Positions 38,601-45,563 of a stretch of 64,000 nt of DNA are shown piece after piece (within the stretch, counting starts at the first letter, position 1; each line of letters begins with the position of its first letter). The stretch lies in contig OY760505.1 of NCBI GenBank assembly GCA_963663545.1, positions 1,088,001 through 1,152,000 of the forward strand, read 5' to 3'. The position numbers were made by a program, and so were the translations under genes. Below the pieces are notes generated by a model. It was given only the letters and a program-made list of their open reading frames with translations. It searched no databases and was not told the DNA's origin. Origin of the DNA: Candidatus Delongbacteria bacterium. Lineage in GTDB: Bacteria; CAIWAD01.

Positions 38601-38677
38601 TTCCCGGGGTACTCGTAGGGCGAGTTCAGTATGGGCTTCTCGAAGAAATTGTATTGGGCGATACGGGCGTCGGGCAT
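35621..38677 (-). CDS. res: Type III R-M restriction subunit (Res; SF2 helicase plus PD-(D/E)xK nuclease)
   Basis: PILNSPY, ATGAGKT, NDEAHH, SATP, MLTEGWD, QVTGRALRR, YRPDF...VEIKG. Confidence 0.9.
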   Translation of the reverse strand: MPDARIAQYNFFEKPILNSPYEYPGKHWELDDKGQPTNQVLYHRRPADYVTPIPEVKKRRKGEKTIAMDFTEPGDTKGQVHEPTPIINGLRKLVDEWRAIPDSSKWGVTRETERLLKHWRHYDFPSIRPFFCQVEAVETLIWLTEVAPTSAKGKEVLAYLEDANRDAHEDLLRIALKLATGAGKTTVMAMIIAWQTVNAVRSKSPRFTNGFLVIAPGITIRDRLRVIQPNDPDNYYSTRNLIPQDMLPDIQRAKIVITNYHAFKLRDTMELSSGGRALLQGRGQELKTLESEGQMLQRVMPDLLGLRTIMVINDEAHHCYREKPDRSEEGDLKGDDKKQADSNREAARLWISGIEALQRKVKQLRVVDLSATPFFLSGSGYKEGTLFPWTLCNFSLMDAIECGIVKLPRVPIADNLQQDDMPMFRDLWAHVGKQLSKKGRGKAGVLDPLKLPTELKTALQALYGHYKKTFTLWSQHGLRVPPCFIVVCNNTSTSKLVYDYISGFERELEDGSVETVNGEFKLFRNYDEHNQPLPRPRTLLIDSEQLESGDALDKDFRVFAKAEIEQFRRERVERTGNLQDADKISDQELLREVMNTVGKVDRLGEQVRCVVSVSMLTEGWDANNVTHVLGVRAFGTQLLCEQVTGRALRRQSYELGEDKLFPVEYADVLGIPFDFTAKAVPAKPQPPRETIHVRALRERAEREISFPCIEGYRTELPPDKLSATFGDDHCLMLTPELIGPSITRNAGLIGEGVDLTLVHTQQVRASTLIYHLTQHLLYNYWRDAGKSPKMFLFHQLKRIVRQWLEECLSCKGGTYPAQLMYYEMADLACERINHAIIAGTRQRARVLAIPNSYNPWGSTAHVSFHTTKTDRWEPAFDRCHLNWLILDGPGWEAEFCRVAEAHPRVLAYVKNHNLGFEVPYQLAGEKHRYRPDFIVKVDDGHGEDNPLHLVVEIKGYRGEDAKAKKLTMDTLWVPGVNQLGSYGRWAFAEFCDIYEMEADFAAKVESQFDSLISSLAKG

Positions 38678-38917
38678 TTCCTTCTCCTGCTCAAACAGGC
38701 AAGACTTCGGGCTGTGTCTAGATTGCGTGACAGTGAGCTACAATGTACGCCTTCTCGTACTTGAAGTGTAGTTCAAATCACACGACCGCTACCAGCAGAT
38801 GTTATGTATCACCTTGTTGGCCAATCGCACTGGGGACTTGCTTGCGCTATTACTGTTGTCCCTTGAGTAGGTGCTGCGCGAAGCTCCATACCTCTCAGGA
38901 TTCGGGACAGCTCGCCC

Positions 38918-39289
38918 CTACTCCTCCCCCTCCAGCCACGGCATCTCAAAGGGCGCAATGGTAAACGATCCCTGGCCATCCTTACGCTTGAAGGCGAAAC
39001 CGTAGAAGAAGCCGTGCTCATCGGCCATGTAGAAGACGCAGGGCGTTGTGGCGAAGTCGCCCTGCCAGCCCAACTCCTCTGCCACTCGTTGGACAACGGA
39101 AAACTCCTGCTTGAGCTGCGCGATCTCCTCCTCGAAGCGATAGTCCTGACCCCTCTCAGCTGCGATGGGCTCCGGCACCGGTGTATCACGCCAGGCTGCG
39201 ATGGTGGCCTCCAGAGTGCTCAGGGCGTCCCACTTGAAATCGGTCGAGCTGCTGTGATACACGTGCATGTCGTGGCGTACTTCGTGCAT
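38918..39289 (-). CDS. Hypothetical protein, 123 aa
   Basis: AGGAGG RBS before ATG 39289; no recognised motif. Confidence 0.6.
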   Translation of the reverse strand: MHEVRHDMHVYHSSSTDFKWDALSTLEATIAAWRDTPVPEPIAAERGQDYRFEEEIAQLKQEFSVVQRVAEELGWQGDFATTPCVFYMADEHGFFYGFAFKRKDGQGSFTIAPFEMPWLEGEE

Positions 39290-39620
39290 GATTTCCTCCT
39301 GATTGTCCGTTACATGTGCTGTCACTCTTTGTCGCGCTGGATTCATAATTGCAAAAAGATCGGCTAGGGGTGAGACACGATTACATCGCAATAGCGTTCC
39401 CTCCTTCGTCGGTGGGAAGGCGTAGAGCTAGCAACAGCGCATTTCTCCTAAGCTGAGCAGAATCAGGCACGAACTCGCGCGGATTATTCTACCGCTTCTT
39501 ATGAACAAGCGGCTATTATCATGTCAGGAAGTTTGGAAAGGGGAACTCATGCCCGGTAGTATGTCCCATGGCGCAATCGCCACTTCGCCTGCCAGCCCTG
39601 CGGAATCACTTCCGCACACT

Positions 39621-40034
39621 TTGTTGCGGAACAGCGAGTACAAAGGCGAACGCCCCCTCTTTGCCCTCACGCACGCCAGACTGGAGCAAGTGCGTTTCCT
39701 CCCTGGCGAATCGGCGCTGAAGCACTCGCGCGACATTCAGGTGCAGCACTGCGAGTTCGACTGCAGGTATCCGCTCTGGCATAGCACAGAAGTGCAGATT
39801 TTGGATTGTCGCTTCGAGGCGGATGTGCGCGCGGCAGTCTGGTACAGCAACGACGTAGTAATGCGGAATTGCCTGGTGCATGCGCCGAAAATGTTCCGTC
39901 GCGTGTCCGGACTTTGGCTGCAGGACTGCCGCTTTACCGATGCTGCCGAGACAATGTGGAATTGTGATACACTGACGCCGATTCGCGCGGAGGTTAAAGG
40001 CGCTGACTATCTGGGCATGAACAGTAGTGAATAG
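39621..40034 (+). pseudogene. Truncated DUF3737-family protein
   Basis: GERPLF, GESALK, YPLWH, RAAVWY, APKMFR, AETMWNC motifs; stops at about half the usual family length; no clear start. Confidence 0.65.
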
Positions 40035-40423
40035 GGCTTAGGTCGCTCATCAGCTCAAGTGCTTCCCGGCCAGTTCTCGTGAGCACGGTAATTGCGTGGA
40101 GTTGGAAAAGTATTCAGTTTTTGTGCAGAAGGTGTTAACAAACCGTTTCAACATCACGATAATTGTGTACAGACAAAGCAGCGAACAGATTATCTTCGGA
40201 ACACTTTTAGAACACTTGAAGCGATATACACACTGCTATTCTATCCCTATGATGACATTTCTGTCAAAATATTCTTTAGGCATTGGACCGGTAATTTTCC
40301 ATAAGCGGTGTCGGCTTTAGACTCCCGAATTTTTATGTCTATACTGCCTGAAATTGAACATTGCAACGCTACAAAACCTAAAGTTTGATTCAACACCTTG
40401 TCCTGGTTCGGTTCAGTTTTCAT

Positions 40424-40438
40424 TGGCATAGCCTTTGC
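40424..40438 (+). promoter_or_regulatory. Sigma54 (-24/-12) promoter
   Basis: TGGCATAGCCTTTGC with GG-N10-GC spacing, about 50 bp upstream of ATG 40487. Confidence 0.6.
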
Positions 40439-40486
40439 CCTATTTCGTGCACTCGAATCACATTCACACTATTCGCAGGAGGATGT

Positions 40487-42262
40487 ATGGCTTTACGCAG
40501 TAATTTGACCCTGCTGCTTGCTGCCAGCGCAGTGCTCAGCTCGACCGCGTTCGCTGATTTGTTCGTCATCGACTACCGTGACGTCGCATCACCGAACTAC
40601 TATTCGCCGATGCCCTACGGCACCGTAACCCAGGGTGAAGTCACGCAGCTTGGCATGTATGTCAATCCGGCTGCAGACGGAACACTTGAAGCCGTGTCCA
40701 TCCTGTTCTACACCTATGGAACTTACGATGGCACCTTCCGCATCAACGTCTACGACTATGACTCGGTGGAAGATGCGCCGGGCTCCGCAGTCACCGGCAA
40801 CCTCGACCTCGATCCTTCTACCTTCGACCTGTATCCCACTTGGCAGGAAATCGATCTGACCAGCTTGGGTTATAGCTTCCTGGAAGGCGAGCCCTTCTTC
40901 CTGGTGTGGGAGTTCCTTCCCACTACTCCCGGCACCGACGAGATCTCCTTCTTGTATTACAACGTAGGTACCAACGATGCCTCCACCATGGGTGGACACA
41001 TCGACGCCACATCATCTTTCTGGGGCTACTGGTGGACTGGTGCAGACGACATCTTCCAGACAATTACTGTCGACTACGCAGAGGCTCCTCCTGGAGACAT
41101 CACTCTGAACAACACCTTCCAGGATCTTGGTCGCACCGAGCTGAACACGCCGGCCGAATACGTGTTGACCGCAACAAATACTGGCGGTCTGGACGCGATC
41201 GTAACCAGCTTGACCACGACCAACTTGACCTATTTTACTGCCACTACAACCGAGACATTACCCTTCACGATGGCTCCTGGTGATACAATGGCAGTTACGG
41301 TCACGTACAATCCGCTGAGTGCAGTCGCCTTCCGCGATACCGCTACCGTACTGGTAAACTGGAATCCCGATGGTTTGGCCAGCACCTATAGCGATTTCTT
41401 TACCATTGCTGGTTCCACCGACTGTGAATACCTGAGCAACACGTTCATCGAAGAAGAAGAGTTGCCCTGGTTCATCAGCCAGTACGACGACACGACGGAT
41501 ACAAGCTGGTACATCTATAGCAGTGGCTTGTATCGTGGACCGTACTTCGCAGGACACCCCTATTCGGATGCGGGCCATATGGTTGCCGACATGCTGTGGA
41601 CCTACTTGCCGAATCCGGATGAGATGGATATCGAGCTGACATTCGCGCAAAACATGCGGTGGCCGGACTACACCTATGCGCACAATCTGTACGTGGGTTA
41701 CATTGACGGGGACAGTCTGACTTGGGACTATTACTTCGACCTGAGCGACTCGACCAGTCTGGTTTGGGGTGACTACTGGGAGCACATCGGTGCCCTTTGC
41801 ACCGGGTTGGCCGACACCGTAGCCATCGGTATCTATTATGAAGGTGAAGATGCCGACGATTGGTTCGTGGACGATGTCGAGTTCTGCTTTGTTGAGCCCG
41901 AAGTCTGTGATCCGGTGCTTCTAAACATCACTTACAACACTCTTACCGCTTACGTGGATCTTAGCTGGGTTCCCATCGCCGATACCGAGATCCTGATCTA
42001 CGGTAGCATCGATCCTTATGGCACCAAGGCCTTTGAGGTGACGGTCGACGGTTCTTTGGGTACGGTGTCCCTGCCGATGGCAGACACGAAGTACTTCTAT
42101 CACGCTGTGGTGAATTGCGATCCCGAACTGCCTGTATCGCGTCACGAGGCAACGATTCCTGTTGAATCAATGCAGAAGTATCGTGAGCAGGCGGCTAGCC
42201 GCAGTGCGCTGCCCGTCGCGCCGATGCCCTTCGTCAAGACGCGTCAGGAACTGACCAGATAG
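40487..42262 (+). CDS. Secreted acidic surface protein with ASH/choice-of-anchor-D-like Ig domain and adhesin-like jelly-roll domain
   Basis: AGGAGG RBS, signal peptide ending AFA, TNTG...APGDTMAVTVTYNP, WFVDDV motif. Confidence 0.7.
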   Translation: MALRSNLTLLLAASAVLSSTAFADLFVIDYRDVASPNYYSPMPYGTVTQGEVTQLGMYVNPAADGTLEAVSILFYTYGTYDGTFRINVYDYDSVEDAPGSAVTGNLDLDPSTFDLYPTWQEIDLTSLGYSFLEGEPFFLVWEFLPTTPGTDEISFLYYNVGTNDASTMGGHIDATSSFWGYWWTGADDIFQTITVDYAEAPPGDITLNNTFQDLGRTELNTPAEYVLTATNTGGLDAIVTSLTTTNLTYFTATTTETLPFTMAPGDTMAVTVTYNPLSAVAFRDTATVLVNWNPDGLASTYSDFFTIAGSTDCEYLSNTFIEEEELPWFISQYDDTTDTSWYIYSSGLYRGPYFAGHPYSDAGHMVADMLWTYLPNPDEMDIELTFAQNMRWPDYTYAHNLYVGYIDGDSLTWDYYFDLSDSTSLVWGDYWEHIGALCTGLADTVAIGIYYEGEDADDWFVDDVEFCFVEPEVCDPVLLNITYNTLTAYVDLSWVPIADTEILIYGSIDPYGTKAFEVTVDGSLGTVSLPMADTKYFYHAVVNCDPELPVSRHEATIPVESMQKYREQAASRSALPVAPMPFVKTRQELTR

Positions 42263-42281
42263 TCTCTTCGAGCTTTAGATC

Positions 42282-42317
42282 AAGGGTCGTCCACGCTTTG
42301 TGGTCGGCCCTTTTTTT
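42282..42317 (+). terminator. Intrinsic terminator
   Basis: AAGGGTCGTCCAC...GTGGTCGGCCCTT followed by a T-run. Confidence 0.75.
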
Positions 42318-42330
42318 GTTCACAAAGGTA

Positions 42331-42440
42331 TAGGAGTACTTGAATGTTCTGTCCAGCGAATTGCCAATCAAATGATTGCAATATCAGCATTTACGATAGA
42401 CCCAGGCAAAGAGGTTGGACAGAACTTCTGAGTACTTCTA
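42331..42440. mobile_element. 110-bp MITE copy 2
   Basis: Four substitutions relative to 20242-20351; same terminal inverted repeats and TA flanks. Confidence 0.8.
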
Positions 42441-42640
42441 TACACGATCAATCCCACCGAACTGGTGCCAACCTTGATCAGCCGTGGACAATCGTGAGCT
42501 TTGGCGACGAGGCAGCATTCACAAAGACTTTCGTGACTGCTCCGCGCGTGAACCAATCCTAAGGTGACGCAGCTAGGCGCGGCGACTATTTTACAACCTC
42601 TCCGTACAGAAGAAGCCCGCTCATGCGGGCTTCTTCTGTA

Positions 42641-42727
42641 CGGAGAGAGAGGGATTCGAACCCTCGGTAGGCGTAAACCTACACACGCTTTCCAAGCGTG
42701 CTCCTTCAGCCACTCGGACACCTCTCC
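42641..42727 (-). tRNA. tRNA-Ser(GGA), CCA not encoded
   Basis: GGAGAGGTGTCCGAGTGG...CACGC-TTGGAAA-GCGTG...long variable arm...GGTTCGAATCCC...CTCTCCG. Confidence 0.95.
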
Positions 42728-42813
42728 GACAAGGCTAATGGCATCCTGGGATGCGAGACGAAAAGAGTAGGATCTTCCGGGCTGAAGTGCAAGTCCACAG
42801 CCTTAAATCGACA

Positions 42814-44241
42814 CTACTTGCGTTTTCGCGGTGTAAAGAAATGGGTCGCGTGGCCGTAGAATACCTCTGCGGCCTCCATCACCGTCTCGCTCACCGTCGG
42901 GTGTGGGTGTATGGTCCGTGCCAGATCACTGGCCAAAGCCGCCATCTCCACCGCCAGCGCGCCTTCTGCAATCAGCTCACCAGCGCCTTTGCCGACAACG
43001 CCCATGCCCAACACCCGTTCCGTCTCGATGTCGATGATGAGTTTGGTCATGCCATCCGGTCGCGCCATGGCCAAAGCCCGCCCACTGGCCTGCCAGGGAA
43101 AGCGCACCACTTTAACATTGCGCTGCTGCTCCTTGGCCTCGGTCTCCGTCAGGCCGCACCATGCCACTTCCGGATCGGTGTAAACCACGGCTGGAATGCA
43201 AGCTGGATCAAAGGCCGCGCCTTTCTGCCCCAGAATGGCTTCCACCGCCACCTTGGCTTCCGCCGTTGCCTTGTGCGCCAGCATCGGTTGCCCAACTAGA
43301 TCACCTATGGCATAGAGTGTAGGATCGCTCGTAGCCATGCGCTGATTGACCCGTACGAAGCCGCGCGCATCTACCTGCGCATGGGTATTCTCGATCCCGA
43401 GGTTCTCGCTGTTGGGGCGACGTCCCACCGACACCAACACGCGGTCGTAGCGCTCGACGCGCTCGCTGCCGTCCTCAGCCTGCAGGGTTGCCTCAATGCC
43501 ACCACGCACCTTGCGCATACCGGCCACCTTGGTCTTCACCAGGATCTCCTTGAAGCGATCCTTTAGCGTTCCCTCCAGCACACGAACCAGATCACGATCG
43601 GCTCCGGGAATCAGGCCCGGCAGCATTTCCACCACACTAACCTGACTGCCAAGCGCGCTGTAGACACTGCCCAATTCAAGACCGATTACTCCACCTCCGA
43701 TGACCAGCAGGCTTCGTGGCACACGCTCCAGCTCCAGGGCTTTCGTGCTATCCCAGATGCGATCCTCGGCGCCCTCGGGAACTCCGGGGATCATCACCGA
43801 TCGCGATCCGGTGGCGAGAATAGCGTAGTCAAAATCCACGCGCTCCTTGCCGCCCTCAACCAGATCCACGTCAACGCTATTGCTGCTGGTGAATTGAGCC
43901 ATACCGCGAAGATGTGTCACACCACGCTTCTTGCCCAAACCACCGGTGCCTGCCGTGAGGTTCTCTACAACCTCGTCCTTCCACTCGCGCAGACGGTCCA
44001 GGTCCACTTGCGGCTCGCCCAGCTTGACGCCCCAATGCTGAGCTTCACGTGCCTCGTGCAGCAATGAACTGACGTGAAGTAGGGCCTTGGAAGGAATACA
44101 GCCGCGAAAGAGGCAGGTCCCGCCCGGATTCTCTTCCGGATCGATCAGTGTCACACGCAACCCCAGATCGGCTGCGTAAAAGGCAGCCGGGTACCCACCA
44201 GGGCCAGCCCCGATGACGACGACATGCTTTGGTTCACTCAT
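42814..44241 (-). CDS. lpdA: Dihydrolipoamide dehydrogenase (E3), second copy
   Basis: GAGPGGY, CLFRGCIPSK, GGGVIGLE, HPTVSE; start MSEPK at 44241. Confidence 0.93.
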   Translation of the reverse strand: MSEPKHVVVIGAGPGGYPAAFYAADLGLRVTLIDPEENPGGTCLFRGCIPSKALLHVSSLLHEAREAQHWGVKLGEPQVDLDRLREWKDEVVENLTAGTGGLGKKRGVTHLRGMAQFTSSNSVDVDLVEGGKERVDFDYAILATGSRSVMIPGVPEGAEDRIWDSTKALELERVPRSLLVIGGGVIGLELGSVYSALGSQVSVVEMLPGLIPGADRDLVRVLEGTLKDRFKEILVKTKVAGMRKVRGGIEATLQAEDGSERVERYDRVLVSVGRRPNSENLGIENTHAQVDARGFVRVNQRMATSDPTLYAIGDLVGQPMLAHKATAEAKVAVEAILGQKGAAFDPACIPAVVYTDPEVAWCGLTETEAKEQQRNVKVVRFPWQASGRALAMARPDGMTKLIIDIETERVLGMGVVGKGAGELIAEGALAVEMAALASDLARTIHPHPTVSETVMEAAEVFYGHATHFFTPRKRK

Positions 44242-44245
44242 GATG

Positions 44246-45550
44246 TCAACCCTCCAGTGCCAGCAGCAGCGGTTGTTCCAGCGCCTCCACAAGCCAGCGC
44301 AGGAAGCGCGCTCCATCGGCGCCATCGATCACCCGGTGGTCGTAGCTCAGCGATAACGGCAGCATCATACGCGGTTGGAATTGCTTTCCGTCCCACACCG
44401 GCTCGATGCTTCCTCGTGCTACACCAAGAATCGCCGTCTCGGGGTGATTGACGATGGGCGTGAATGCCTTGCCACCAATGCCACCCAGATTGGTTATGGT
44501 GATCACACCGCCCGTCAGCTCATCGGGTCCTGTCTTACGGTTGCGCGCACGCTGTGATACATCAGCCAGCTCCCCTGCCAGCTCGACAATGTTCTTCCTG
44601 TCGGCATCGCGTATCACGGGAACCAGCAATCCGCGGTCCGTATCCACAGCTACGCCGATGTGCGTATACTTCTTGTAGACGATCTCACCGCGCGCCATAT
44701 CCACACTAGCGGCAAACTGCGGATATACTTTCAATGCGTGCGCCAGCACCTTGATCAGAATAGCGGTCATGGTCAGCTTGGGCACGTCATTGCCCTGCTT
44801 CTCCAGGCGTTTCTGATACTGGCTGCGCAGCTCTTCCAGTTGAGTAATATCTGCCTTGTCATGCTGTGTCACGTGCGGAACCGTCTTCCAGGCCTGGCTC
44901 AGATGCAAGGCTGTAGCACGGCGAACCTTGCTCATCGCCACATGTTCAACTTCACCCCAGCGGCTGAAGTCCGGCAGTTCGATGGCTTCCACCGTCAGGG
45001 GTTCGCCCCCACCACTTTGCATTCGGCCCTTGACGAAAAGCTTGACATCGGCCTCGCTGATTCGTCCGCCAGGCCCACTCCCCTGCACCTTGTTGATGAC
45101 AACGCCCAACTCACGTGCAAGGCGTCGAACACTTGGCGAGGCAGGTGCAACCGGACCCAGGGGCTTCTCCTCACGCACTTCAATGGAAGGCGGTGTCACA
45201 GGCAGATCCGGCTTCTTCTTCGGGTTCTCCTTCTGTGTCACGGAGACAGGCGCTTCTACATGTTCCTGCTCTATCTTCACCGTGTCTGCCTGAGACAACT
45301 TGCCCGCATCTTCTTCGTCACTCACGGTCAAGATGGGCGCACCAACTTCCAGACGCGCCCCGTCCTGCACATGAAGTTCAACGACCGTTCCAGCGACGCC
45401 CGAAGGCACTTCAATGACGGCCTTATCGGTCTCGACCTCCAGCAACGGCTGTTCGAGTTGTATCACATCACCAACGGACACGCTGACATTGACGATGTCG
45501 CCGCCCTTGATGTTCTCGCCCAGATCGGGCAGATGAAATGTCTTCTTCAT
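44246..45550 (-). CDS. aceF: Pyruvate dehydrogenase E2
   Basis: VETDKA lipoyl motif, ASPSVRRLARE, DHRVIDGA; between aceE and lpd. Confidence 0.9.
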   Translation of the reverse strand: MKKTFHLPDLGENIKGGDIVNVSVSVGDVIQLEQPLLEVETDKAVIEVPSGVAGTVVELHVQDGARLEVGAPILTVSDEEDAGKLSQADTVKIEQEHVEAPVSVTQKENPKKKPDLPVTPPSIEVREEKPLGPVAPASPSVRRLARELGVVINKVQGSGPGGRISEADVKLFVKGRMQSGGGEPLTVEAIELPDFSRWGEVEHVAMSKVRRATALHLSQAWKTVPHVTQHDKADITQLEELRSQYQKRLEKQGNDVPKLTMTAILIKVLAHALKVYPQFAASVDMARGEIVYKKYTHIGVAVDTDRGLLVPVIRDADRKNIVELAGELADVSQRARNRKTGPDELTGGVITITNLGGIGGKAFTPIVNHPETAILGVARGSIEPVWDGKQFQPRMMLPLSLSYDHRVIDGADGARFLRWLVEALEQPLLLALEG

Positions 45551-45563
45551 ACTTGCCCCCTTT

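Noticed and set aside
25494..42727. Defence island as an element integrated at tRNA-Ser
   Set aside because: No integrase and no duplicated tRNA 3' end found by eye
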